Of a DNA stretch of 64,000 nucleotides, positions 12,201 to 27,009 are shown one piece after another (position 1 is the first letter of the stretch; each line of letters opens with the position of its first letter). Source of the stretch: the human T2T-CHM13v2.0 reference genome, Homo sapiens. The position numbers and the translations under genes were made by a program. The DNA is taken from assembly GCF_009914755.1 (NCBI RefSeq), contig NC_060930.1. One strand, written 5' to 3'. The notes beneath the pieces were generated by a model. It ran no database searches and was not told the DNA's origin. It worked only from the letters and a program-made list of their open reading frames with translations.

Positions 12201-15200
12201 CTGCAATTTTATAACTTCCTAGCTTAATGTTATAAAAGCAAGCAGTAACCTCAGAGGGAATGAGGGTCCCACTGTATAGAGTTCTGCAGATTAAATTAAA
12301 CACCTTGAAGGACTAAAAGGCTAGGTAGCCAGGACAGACAGGTGTAATACATTCCAATGGTTCATATTCTTAAGTCAACAAGATGTTGGCATCCTGTGGC
12401 TGCTCAGACTCCTGGGTGGTCCTGCAGGGGAGTCCTAAGCCTAGCTTTCCAGCAGTCCAGTAAGCAGATCTCCAACCTGAGTCATAGGCTTTGAATTAAA
12501 GATAAAAATGCACATGCTCTGGGTGAGAGCCCTCAGTCTCTCCAGGAGAATCAGGGGACTGTTTTTCCCTCTTCATACCCACACAACAATAATCATTTTA
12601 CTTTTTACAGAATTCTTTACAGTGCACAAAATGTATCCCTCTCCATTATCTAATTTAATTCTCCAAAAACCTGATCATGCATTTTTGTGGTGAAACTCAG
12701 AAAGGTTGACTTACTGTAAGATAATAACAGTGATGCCTCTGATAATAAAATTTGCCATTTTTTAGACGTCTATTATCTCATTCAGTCCCATAACAGTCCT
12801 CCAAGGTTGGTATTACCACACCTTTTGTGCAATGAGGAACCTGAGGAATGAGAAGTTTAAAAACACGTCCAAGGATATTCAGTGAGGAGGGCTCTGAGTG
12901 GGCTTCATAAAACCCATGCTGTAATTCTTGACAAAAAACAAAAGGGACAGGCTGGAGTGTGGAAGCCCTCAGTTATCCCACCCCATACTGGGGACGTGCT
13001 ACAAAAACCCAAGGGTCCACTTTATGCTCTGGAAACTTTGTTAGACACAATCAATTTAAAACTTCTTTAAATCTATCATAGTTTTTGATCTTACCTTTTT
13101 TCAGGGAAGGGGATCCACAGTTCTGGAAGATCCCTTTTGCAGGAAGTGGCTTCCATTTCATTGACCTCCAACGACAACTTCCTACTAAGAAGATGGTAGG
13201 AATCTCCTTGTTTAAAGGCCTTCGTCATAACTTTGTAAATGTTGACCTTGCCCACCTTCAGTGTCTGTTGCTGACTAAAATCTCCAAATCTTTTCTCTCT
13301 CTGGGTCAAGCTCCTATGTTCCTTCTTCCACAGCCTTGAGCTGCCAATGGTCTGAATGCAGCAAGGATCCAAGTCATGACTGTTTGTGTTCGTTGCTATC
13401 CTCCATTCCTTGATATGGTTGGGTCCTCTGCTGGCATCCTCCTCTGTAAAGCTCACGTTATTGGGACAGGAGACCATCTTTACATTGAGGGTTTCCCTGC
13501 GGGGTCTGCAGCTACCCAAATCCAGGACATCTTTCACTCTGTGCTCTGTGCATGTGCCCCCTTGGAGTAGGTAAGGCAGGACTGTTCTTAGACTAATTCA
13601 TTCATTCAGAAACGTTTATGAAGCACTGGCCATATCTTAGACACTGTACTGGTCTCTGGGGATGGAGTGGTGAATAAGCCATGTCTGTCCTAATTGATGG
13701 GAAGGTGCCATCCACATGTGTGTCACTTGGGAAACTCAAGAGTCACTATCGACTTATTTTTCACCCTTAGTCCCCACATTGGAATCGAACATCAAGTATT
13801 ACAAATTTTACCTTCTGAACATCCATTATACTCATCTCTACTCTGCATCCCAGCCAACACTCCCCTAGTTTAGTCCTTTAATGCCTCTTCTGTTGATTAT
13901 TGTACTTCCCCCATAACTAGTGTGTCTGATCTGGTGTCACCCTCAGAAATCCCTCTCCCATACTGTAGCACACAATCTGCCTCACATACACTTCTAACTA
14001 AGTTGCTCATTCAGATTTTCAAGTGGCTCCCTTTTGCCCATTTTACATGGAGTACAAAGTTCTTGGTGCCTGGTTCCTACCTGCCTCTCTTGCCTTGCCC
14101 CTCAGTAGTTGCTATTCCACCACCAGCCAGATCCTTCAGCCCTTTTGGACTGGCCGGCCTCCCGTTCTCCTGGTGGGTGAGGGATTTGATTCTTCCCTCT
14201 GTACATCTCTCCCCTGACCCCACTGCCTCTCTGCCTTTGTTCCCTGATCCACGCAGTCTGGACCCTGCCTCTTTCCTAACTTCTGCATCTAGATAACCCC
14301 TTTTTGTTCTTTAGGGTTTGTTTTAGGGCCTAATTCCTCCAGGAGGTTTTTCTTGATTCCCTGTCCATTCCATGAGAGGCATCTTTCCTCAGTGGGCCCA
14401 TGGCGTCCTCTGCACAGCTCCATCTTTGCTCCTGACCCCTGGCATGGGAGTCATCTCCACTGAGCCTTGGTGCTTCACTGGACTCTGGACTCCACGAGCG
14501 GAAGGGCCCAGTACTCAGCACACAGTGGGCCCCCAATAAGCTTGCTGAATGGTTAAGCAAATAATCCCAGTGCAATGGAAAACAGGCAGCTTGAGGGCAT
14601 GACTGACTCCACCTGGGGAGTTTGGACGTGGTTCTAAAGAAAAGACATGCAACTGCATGTTGAAGGAAGCAGAGAAGTTTATGGGACGGGTGTAGGGATA
14701 GGGCAGGCCCCAGCCCCCTGCCATCTTCCTTGTGGTCGCCTGATTTCTGGTGCTGGGCAGGAGCTGAGCTATTTCAAAGAAAATGTAGTCAATAGCCTTC
14801 GAGAAAAGCGGATTGAAAACCCACCAGAGCAAGAAGCCATGAAGCAAGATGAGTCAGCCACAGATCCGACTCTCAGTGGTTTCATGGTCTAGCAGGGAAG
14901 CAAATGCAGTCTTTTTTTCCTCCCTGTTTTATAGTTCTATTTGTACCAGTACAACGTTCATGCAGGGTTACAGGTTACAGGGAGCGCAAATAGACCTCAC
15001 ACGCACTTGTCTGTGTGGTCTGAGAACCTGTCTTGTCCCTGTGCCCTGCTCATCACCCCCATGACTGCCCACGGTGTGATGGCTCAGGCCACTGCTTCAG
15101 GGCCGGCTTCTTTGGGAGCAGAGCAGCACCTAGGAAGTAGGTCCCTTCTGGGATTGGAGAGTTGAGGCACGAGGTACCAGGGCTCCAGTGACACTGCTGC

Positions 15201-15479
15201 TGCCCTTGCCGGCCCCTCTTCTCTTGGGTCTTTTCTTGGTTCCTGGAGTTTTTCCTTTTTCCTGGTAATGGATGTTGGAACTAGGGAGGGTCAGAGGCTA
15301 TGCAGTTCTGGGGACAGAATGGTACAATTGGAACAAATGGAATTTCAATCCTAGCTTTTCAGTGGAGGGGGTGGTCAGCTCCAAATGTCCATGCTTTTGT
15401 GATAAAGAGCCTCAAGAAGCCCCCACAGTCTGTTTTGTAGTAGGCATCAAAAGTGTTAAAAATGGGTGCACTTTCCTGA

Positions 15480-16290
15480 CTATATAGTGGAGTAAGACTC
15501 TGCACTAAAAAGGAATAAATTAGTGATGCAATAATATGAATGAATCTCCAAATAATTATGCTGAAGAAAAGAAACCAGAGGAAAAGAGTATGTATTGGGT
15601 AACTCCATTTATAAAAAACCCTGGAAAATTCTACCTAGTCTGTAGTGATAGAAAGCAGAGCAGTCATTGCTATGGGGAAAGGAAGGGGAGAGAGAGAGGG
15701 ATTAGAAAGGGCCACAAAGAAACATATGCGGGTGACAGATGTGTGCATCACCTTGATTGTGGCAATAGCTTCATGGGTATATACATATGTCAGAAATTAC
15801 GAAATTTTGCACTTTAAATACATGCAACTTATTGTATGTTAATTATACATTAGTAAGGTTTCTTAAATTTTTTTAAATGTGGGTTCATTTTGACCCAATA
15901 ATTCCATTTCTAGCAACCCTTCTAATTAAGTAATTGAAGAAGGGCACAGTTTATGTTCAAGATAATCAGCATGTTGCTTAGAATAGAAAAAAGGAAAACA
16001 ACTTGGAAGTTCAATAATAGGGGATAGTTAAAAAAATTAATGGTTAAATAAATTCCAGATGATGGTGGAATATTCTGTATGCTTTAAAAATCAGAAAATA
16101 TTATTTATTATGGTGGAGAAAATGCTTATTATGCAGTGTTTGGTGGAAAGTCTGTTTATAGTAGGAACATTATGACATCAATATGTTATAATAAAGACAC
16201 ATGCAGAAGAAAGACAGGAGGACTGGTACAAAATGTCCACAGCAGTCATTTCTAGATGACAAGTAGGTAACAAGTAACTTAAATTTTCTT
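15480..16290 (+). mobile_element. Old L1 (L1MC/MD/ME) 3'-region fragments
   Basis: ATGAATGAATCTCCAAATAATTATGCTGA..; TTGATTGTGGCAATAGCTTCATGGGTATATACATATGTCA..TTGCACTTTAAATA. Confidence 0.65.
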
Positions 16291-16301
16291 CTTAGTGCTT
16301 C

Positions 16302-16590
16302 TTTTTTTATTTTAGAGATGGGGTCTCACTCTGTCACTCTGAGTGGCGTGATCACAGCTCACCGCAGCCTTGACCTCCTGAGCTCAAGGGATCCTCCCAC
16401 CTCATCCCCACCAGTAGCCAGGACTACAGGCATGCCACCACACCTGGCTATTTTTTTTTCTTTTACTTTTAGTAGAGATGAGGTCTTGCTGTGTTGACCA
16501 GGTTGGTATTGAACTCTCAGCCTCAAGTAATCCTCTTGTCTTGACCCCAGCAAAGTGCTGGGATTACAGGCATGAGCCACTGTACCCAGT
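16302..16590 (-). mobile_element. Alu (AluJ-like)
   Basis: GATCACAGCTCACCGCAGCCTTGACCTCCTGAGCTCAAG; TSD TTCTTA(G/A)TGCTTCT. Confidence 0.9.
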
Positions 16591-16678
16591 TTCTTAATGC
16601 TTCTACGTATTATTTGAATTTTCTACTATTGAAATATATCACTTTTTAAAATAGAAAACAACCCAAAGCAATACAAGA

Positions 16679-16751
16679 TTTCTTTCTTTCTCCTTTCCTT
16701 TCTCTTTCCATCTTTCTTTCTTTCCGTCTTTCTTTCCTTTCTTTTCTTTTT

Positions 16752-16795
<44 letters not shown>

Positions 16796-16803
16796 TTCTT
16801 TCT

Positions 16804-16875
<72 letters not shown>

Positions 16876-16936
16876 TCCTTCCTTCTCCCTTTCTCCTTCC
16901 CTCCTTCCTTCCTTCCTTCCTTCCTCTTCTTTTTTT
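16679..16936 (+). repeat. (TTTC)n/(TTCC)n compound microsatellite
   Basis: Perfect blocks of about 11 and 18 CTTT units; 16727-16936 contains only C/T. Confidence 0.97.
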
Positions 16937-18839
16937 GAAGGCCCCACAGCCTCCTGTGTGCAGAGGCTTCAGGGGAAGGGCCCAACTCTCCCATGCTTTT
17001 ACTCCTGTGGCCAAGTAGGTGCTGTCCCTTGACCAGGCCAGTGCTCCACAGGGCTTAAGAATGCTCCTGTCCAGGCCTTCACATTCTGTCTGGGGCCCTG
17101 GCTCTTCTCAGCTGGCCGCACTGTTAGATTGCACAAGGGGCCACTTGCTCCCTGTGCTGTCAGGGCAATAACTGGGCAAAGGATGCTTGTGGCCAGGCCA
17201 TGGGGGGCCTGGGCATTGGGGAAAGTGGCAAACCTTGGCATTCCGTGATCCTTTCCAGCTTCATTTTCCCTGGTTAACTGCAGCTGTTAGGAGCACTTAG
17301 GAAGCAAAGCATTAGCTAGTGTAGCCTTGCCCAAGTCACATGTCTATTACCTTCCAGTAAAAGCTGCAGCCACAGACTGGGAGCCTGGGTGCAATATGAG
17401 CAAGTAGGTTGGCCTGAATTTCCCAGCCTCCTTTATCTTTCTTCCTCCAGCAACAGAAACTGAGGAGGACTGAAAGAAGTGCTGTTAGCTGCAGACTTGT
17501 TGAGAACAGAATGGCTTTCTTTGCACTAGGTGTCCTGCTCTCTGGGTTGCTAGTCTGGACCAACCAGCTGAAATCAAGAGGTTTAACTGGTACTTTGAAA
17601 ATGCCCCTGCCTGGTCTGCTAAGGATGACAGGAGTTGGAAGGACTGAGGTGACTTGTCCCAGCTGGCTGACACTGAGAGATTGTTGCTGAATGAACAGTG
17701 GAATCCACCAAGACCAAGAAGGTCTGTGACATGAAAACCAGTTTGCCTGAGTGGACAGAGGCTTGTGGGGGAAGCCACTGGGTGTAGACCATTGGTGGCC
17801 CTGAATATATGCAGGGGTTGGCAACATGATGGATGAGCTGCATAACCTCTGTGAGGCTGTTTGCTCATATGTACAATGGGATGTGAACACACACGTAGGA
17901 TTCATTCATTCAGCCATTTATTCACTAAATATTGACTGAGCATGCACTGTGGGTGTGTAGATACAACAAATTGATTAGGCTTGGTCCTTATCTCATGTTC
18001 TCTGTGGTTCTTCACTATCATGTTGCTGAGATGCCTGGGGATTATACATATTTATGACCAAGCTCATGACACATTGTGGATGCTCAAGAAATGCTACTGT
18101 CACGGAGGCCAGGACTCTTGCAAGGGAACAATGCCTAGGCCTGGTTACTGGACCTGTGGCTATGAGGCAGAAGCCTGGATACTGGGGCACTGACCATTGA
18201 GGGATGTCCTACAAACAGGCATTGACAGTGAGTCACCTGCACTGTTGCACTGGTGTGCCTGAGGGCAGGGTTGGCTAGAGAACTTTTGGGAGCAAGGGAA
18301 GGGCTTAGCTATAGGGAAAGAAAGGTATGGGAACCATGCTGTCATTGGAGAAAGGTTTTCATTGGCTGCTGGAAACAAATAAGTATTCTCAATGTGTGTA
18401 TATACGTGCATATTCAGGTGAAAGAGTGTTCATTTTGTATATTATTCATTTATATAAAAAACATTTATTGAATACCTGTTCAGTGCTATGTACTGTGATT
18501 AGAGTTGAAAATAGGCGAACCATGAAACACAGCACTCCCGGATCTTACAATCTGAGGGGAAGAAAAGGAATTGCATATAAACAAGGCAAAGTGGTGGCCT
18601 TAAGGGTCAGGATGAATGATTGAGGACATAGTGTGCACTCAGTGTTAGAAGGCCAGTGCATGGAGAGTTCAGAATGGGTGAGATCGGTTTGATTTGGAAT
18701 GGGCAGGAAGTTGGAAAATATCTTACAACAGATAAATGGATGTGGGGGTTCTTAGCTCAACCTCACACTCTGTGCCCTGGGGAGGTTCATAGGAGAGTCA
18801 GCACACAGGCATCAGGAAGTGGAGGTTGCTGTCGAGTGG

Positions 18840-19008
18840 CATTAATTCATTCACTCAACAAATCTTTACTGAGCACCTACAATTGCCTGGCACTATTCTA
18901 AACTCTGGAGACTCAGTGATGACAGGAAACAACTCCTGCCATATTATGGCATGCATTGTAATGGAGGAAGATGAAAAATAGTTACAGCAATAAGTGAGTT
19001 ATATGCAG
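18840..19008 (-). mobile_element. L2 3' end (continues at 24003-24450 beyond the Charlie element)
   Basis: ATTCATTCACTCAACAAATCTTTACTGAGCACCTAC..GCCTGGCACTATTCTA is the L2 3' terminal motif. Confidence 0.7.
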
Positions 19009-19940
19009 CAGCAGTTCTCAAAATTTTGGGTCCCAGAAGCCCTTTATATTCTTAAAAATTATTGAGGACCTCAAAGAACTTTCATTTATAAAAGTTATCG
19101 CTATTGATATTTACAATACTAGAAACTAGAATTGAGAAATTAAAAATGCATCTATATGAATACTTAAAAGTAATAATAAGATACCCATTACATTTTAGCA
19201 CAAATGACATATATTTAGTGAAAAATTATAGTTTTTTCCCAAACAACATTTTAGAAAAGAGTGATATTTTAAAAAGTCTTTTTTTGCAGATTTCTTTAAT
19301 TTACAAGTAGAAGACAGCTGGATTCTCATATCTGCATCTGCATTCAATCTGTGTTGATGTACTGTTTTGGCTGAAGTATATGAAGAAAATCTAGCCTCAC
19401 GCAGACATATAGTTGCACAAGAGAGGAGTATGTTACGAGCCTTTTCATTTAGTTGTTGAGTCCTTTTCTTTGCTACTACACCAGAACTCAACAAGTAGTT
19501 GTTTCTTAAAGGTCATTTGCAACGTTGAATCTGAAACTATAACAACATTTTGTTTTATTGAAATCCATTGGTCTATGTTGCACTTTGAATGAGTGTTTTA
19601 TCAATGCATTGTGAATGGATCTTTTGAAAAATATAAGTTCACCAAATTACGTAAATCTTTCAAATGTTACTACATTTTATTATCCAATCCCCAAAATCAC
19701 ATTTATTAATATCATCACCAATTTCATTAGAAAAGACTTTAAGTATTGAATAGTGACAGATATAAAATTTACAAAATTTTAAATGTTTGCAAGAAAGCCT
19801 ATATTTTATCCTTGGCAACAAATGCATTAGTTATTTTTCAGAAAATGTCTGTCAAATACTCAAGTCTGAGTAACCATACCTTGTCTGTCAGTAGTCATTC
19901 TTGCAAGTAAAAACGTGATGCATAAGGAAAACAGCTAGTT

Positions 19941-20474
19941 CAAAGGCATAAGAATGATACAATGGACTTTGGGGACTTGGGAGAAAGAGTGGGAAGGGGG
20001 TGAGGGATAAAAGACTACAACTATGGGCCGGGGGCGCAGGTTAATGCCTGTAATCCCAGCACTTTGTGAGGCTGAGGCAGGCAGATCATCAGATCAGGAG
20101 ATCAAGACCATCCTGGCTAACACGGTGAAACCCCGTCTCTACTAAAAATACAAAAACAAAATTAGCCTGGCGTGGTGGCGTGTGCCTATAATCCCAGCTA
20201 CTCGGGAGGCTGAGGCAGGAGAATGGCGTGAACCCGGGAGGCGGAGCTTGCAGTGAGCTGAGATCGCCGCCACTGCACTCCAGCCTGGCGACAGAGTGAG
20301 ACTCCGTCTCAAAAAAAATAAAAGAAAAGACTACAACTATGGTACACTGTATACTGCTCGGGTGATGCGTGCACCAAAATCTCACAAATCACCACTAAAG
20401 AACTTACTCATGTAACCAAACGCCACCTGTACTGCAATAACTTATGGAAAAAATAAATTAATTAATTTAAAAAA
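19941..20474 (+). mobile_element. L1PB-type 3' end (5'-truncated), with an Alu inside
   Basis: CAAAGGCATAAGAATGATACAATGGACTTTGGGGAC..CACCAAAATCTCACAAATCACCACTAAAGAACTTACTCATGTAACCAAA..AATAACTTATGGAAAAAATAAA. Confidence 0.85.
20026..20324 (+). mobile_element. Alu (AluY-like)
   Basis: Perfect 17-bp TSD AAAAGACTACAACTATG at 20009-20025 and 20325-20341. Confidence 0.95.
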
Positions 20475-20479
20475 TGTAA

Positions 20480-20820
20480 GAAACAAGATGAATAATGATG
20501 AAAATATAATAAGATGAGAAGGAATAGGCAGACTTAAAAATATAGAACTTATAAAAATAAAAAGTATGGTTAATGCATTAAAAGCATGTCAGTGGATGCA
20601 CTGAACAGATAATTAGACAAAACTGAAGAAAGAATTAGCAAACTGAAGATAAACCTGAGGGTATTACACAGAATCCAGCAAAAAAAGAGAAAGAGATTAA
20701 AATACATGGAGGATAAAATGGAAATATCCAGCAAATATCTAACTGGAATTCCAGAAGGAATAAACCGAGGCTGGTATTAAAAGAGACATTGTCTAGAAAA
20801 GAGGCATATAAGGTGCCCAA
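20480..20820 (+). mobile_element. Ancient L1M fragment (ORF1-region-like)
   Basis: A-rich AAACTGAAGAAAGAATTAGCAAACTGAAGATAAACCTGAGG..GGAATTCCAGAAGGA resembles L1ME/L1M5 ORF1. Confidence 0.5.
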
Positions 20821-21420
20821 TACGTTTGTTTCTATTTCTTATATTTATGTAACTCTGAAGTTCAAACACCGTTAACCACAAGAGGTCTGTGATCACCATA
20901 GACCTTCTACAATGTGGTATAGTCATGGCGTGTTATACATGGAAAGAATTTTATTTATTTATTTATTTACTTTTGAGACAGAGTCTCACTCTGTCACCCA
21001 GGCTGGAGTGCAGTGGCACCATCTCTGCTCACTGCAAGCTCCACCTCCCGGGTTCAAGCAATTCTCTGTACCTCAGCCTTTGAGTAGCTGGGGTTACAGG
21101 TGCCCATCACCACACCCAGCTAATTTTTTTTTTTTTTTGTATTTTTTAGTAGAGATAGGGTTTCGCCATGTTGGCCAGGCTGGTCCCGAACTTTTTTAAA
21201 TTTTATTTTATTATTATTATACTTTAACTTTTAGGGTACATGTGCACAATGTGCAGGTTTGTTACATACGTATACATGTGCCATGTTGGTGTGCTGCAAC
21301 CATTAACTCGTCATTTAGCATTAGGTATATCTCCTAATGCTATCCCTCCCCCCTCCCCCCACCCCACAACAGTCCCCGGAGTGTGATGTTCCCCTTCCTG
21401 TGTCCATGTGTTCTCATTGT

Positions 21421-23456
<2,036 letters not shown>

Positions 23457-23579
23457 GTCTCGAACTTCTGACCTCAGGTGATCCGCCCACCTCAGCTTCC
23501 CAAAGTGTTGGGATTACAGGCGTGAGCCACTACACCCAGCCAGAATTTTAAAGGTAACTTAATGATGTAACTAATGAAT

Positions 23580-23727
23580 AAACCTGCATTTTCATCCTAG
23601 CTCTGGTGCTTATTAGGCAAGCATTTTGCTTAAACTCTCTATGCTCTAGTTTCTTCAACCATAAAATGGGAATAAAAACAATTAATCCCTAAAAAGGGTT
23701 TCTGTGAAGATCAAAAGAAAAATCCAT
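23580..23727. mobile_element. MIR fragment
   Basis: CTAGTTTCTTCAACCATAAAATGGGAATAAAAAC..AGGGTTTCTGTGAAGATCAAA resembles MIR core CAGTTTCCTCATCTGTAAAATGGGGATAATA..GGGTTGTTGTGAGGATTAAA. Confidence 0.6.
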
Positions 23728-24002
23728 TAAAAAAAAAAAAAAAAGAAAACAGCCAGTTCAGCTTGCAACTCAAACAATAATACAAGTACTTTTCCTTGAG
23801 ACAACTGTCATAGTTTGGTAGGTGGCAAAAGACCTTTATGTATATTTTTCAGAGTATTAAAAGACATACTGCAAGTGTAAGAGAGAAAGGACATATACTG
23901 CAAGGGAAAAAGGACAAGTAATGGCTTCATGTTATTACGAAAATTCTTTTGATGTGTCTCAGAAACCTTCAGGGCTTGTACAGCATACTCTGAGAACTGC
24001 TG

Positions 24003-24450
24003 ATACACACCATTTTGATGGTGATGAGTGTAGTGGAGAGAGATGTGGTGGGGAGAGGTATAGGGAGGGCATGGGGAGAGTTACAATTCAAATTGGGTGG
24101 TCAAGGAATGCTTCAGTGAGAAGGTGACATTTGATAGGTGACATTAAAGGAGGTGAGGAAGTGAGCCCTGTCATATTGTGGGGAACAGTGGCCAAAGAAG
24201 AAAGAACAGCAGGTGCAACAGCCCTAAGGTAGGAGCATGCTCAGTGTATTCAAGGAACAGCAAGTAGGCCAGGGCAGCTGGAAAAGTGGACATAGGGAGT
24301 AGTAGAAAATGGGGTCATGGGGGATATGAGAGCCAGACTGTGTGTAGGGTCCTGCAGGCCATTATAGAGGACTTAAGCTTTAATTTGAGTTAGCTGGAGA
24401 ATGCTTGAAGAATTCTAAGTAGAAGAGTAACATGATTTGTTTCCATTGAA
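24003..24450 (-). mobile_element. L2 continuation
   Basis: GGTGGTCAAGGAATGCTTCAGTGAGAAGGTGACATTTG..GAACAGCAAGTAGGCCAG L2 motifs. Confidence 0.65.
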
Positions 24451-25537
24451 GAAGAGACTAAAGCTGAGTTGGAAGGTGTGGTCAAATTCTGTATTTGTAA
24501 GGTTTGAACATTTATTCTTGAATAATCCCTGACACACAGTAGGTCTTTAAAATAAGTATGTTAGGTGAAAGAATGTCCTTTACTCCTGTACCTGTCAAAA
24601 CAGGGTTATGTTAGCCAGTTTTTGCTACAATAACAAACAGCCTCAATAACTCAATGGTTTAAAAGAATAAACATTTATCTCTTGCTTATATTGCTTGAAA
24701 GCTGTGTTGGCAGCAGCTCTGGTGGAGTGGAGAGAGGAGAATTAATATTTGGGAACAATAATACAATCTAAAAAGGACACTCTGAGGGTGAGATGAAGCC
24801 ATAGTCAGTTAATTACAGCCCTACCTGAATTAACACACTTGACTAAATCTTTTGCTTATGGAGCCTGGCGGAGGCCGTCTTACAAGAAGCCTGCTGTCAG
24901 AATTGAGTCATCAGCTTGCGTGCATGAAGAACAAATGCTTAGTCCTCCTTCTGCAATGCATTCCAAAAGAACGACCACAAAACCATGGCCTTTTCACCCC
25001 AGGAGCACAGAGCTTATCTCCGGGTTGCTCAACCCTGACTACATGTGTTCTGTTTGGGGTCCATGAGTGGAGCCAGACATGGGGTTCTGGGAGAGGGTTT
25101 TGGTCACGGTAAGTCCTTAAACCACCAATATCAGAATCCCTTGGTAGGGATGGGGTCTTGCTAACCTCACAGATTCCTGGGCTCCACCCTAGGAATCTTT
25201 GGAGGTCAGGCCTGGGATTCTCTGGGTCTTTTATATTCTAAAGAGAAGGGACGTCTTAATAATATGAAGTTGGAAAATGAGCTATATCATGATAGCCTGC
25301 TCCTGGCTTCTCTTCCCTTGCCTCTGTTATCATCTGGGAGCAATTATGAATTGGATGCTGGAGCTGGTGTACTGTACCAGGACAGCCTGAGGATGATTGG
25401 AGAGGTGGGTAGGGCGATTTTAAAACCTGAGTGACTTTCTTAATTTGAAGTTACATCCATGACCTCACCAGGTCACCAGCAGCCCTGGCTATCTTCTCAT
25501 TTTTATACCAGACTCATCTGGATTTGGCTGACTGTTA

Positions 25538-25873
<336 letters not shown>

Positions 25874-27009
25874 AGGAAACTAGATAGTTAAATGTCATTC
25901 TTTCCCAACCTGGACCCTTTAACCTTGAACCTCAGCCTCTGGGTCTCAATGCATCCTGCTTTTGAGGAATGCTTCCTTAAAAATTTCTCAGCTACCAGGA
26001 CAGCACAGGTGCCAGGTTCATTTTTGTTGGGTGATTTTGTGCCACCAGAGCTATTGCCCTTTAACCACTTCAAGTGATTAAAAATGGATCGTAGTCCTCC
26101 CTTGACCTTCGTTGGTGGAAGTTTCTTTTTTTCAGGACTCATCAAGTTCAAGCAGCTCAGGGACACCTCCACTGAGGCCCTCTTTATGGTCCACAGTGAT
26201 TTATAGTAGCACTAGAACTTCTCACAAAAGACAAATTAGAACTTCTCACAAAGGACACCTTTTCACCGCTTTGTAGTGCTTCCTTTGAGAAAGAGACTTT
26301 TGACCCAGGGCTAAGATGTGGGAGGCAAGTTGTTCCCCTTAAGCCTTATTGGGTGGTAGCCTTTAGGATCACACCCATCTTGGCCTCATGTCCTCCTGAA
26401 TGCTTCAAAATTGGTCTCTGCTTTTGACATGATTTCTCTTTCTTTGTTTCTCAATTTTGGTTTGTGTGAATTCGTTGTTCCCTGATCAAAGGAACACCAT
26501 GGAAACACAGTGGGTTTCAGGGAGAGGGTGAGTTTTGAGTGTTTTGCCCATCCTGGGTTTAAGTCAGGTTTGCTTTTCTTTTTTAGAGGATCTCATCAAC
26601 GGTTCCAAATACTTTAGATTTGGTGGCATTGTTATATTACTAAAATTCTAGTGAAGTCTTTGAGATTTATAATTAAAACAGATGAGACTCTCTATCCTCC
26701 AATAAAGAGGAAATAAGACCCTAGAGTCTTAGCAGAGGAAATTGTAGACAGTCTTAGTGAGGGAAATACTGAGAAAAAGAGTGAACATCTACATGGGAAA
26801 TGGCTAACTTCCAAAGGTCATATAAGGCGAAGCATTTTTGATCAGTGGGATGTGAATTTTCATATTTTTATATGTGATGATTAAATGAGTACAATAAGGA
26901 ACTAAGAAGTATACTGGTTGCTATTATGAGTTTTTTTCCCTGCCATGTGGCAGGGTTAGGATTAGGCCTGTTATCTGCAGTTTTAATCGCAGATAAACAG
27001 AAGGGCTTG

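Noticed and set aside
16626-17014. Three K/E/R-rich ORFs on the minus strand
   Set aside because: They are translations of the (GAAA)n microsatellite.
17336-17905. Longest ORF with no obvious repeat origin (189 aa, minus)
   Set aside because: S/P/L-rich composition, no recognisable domain and no convincing splice context; likely chance.
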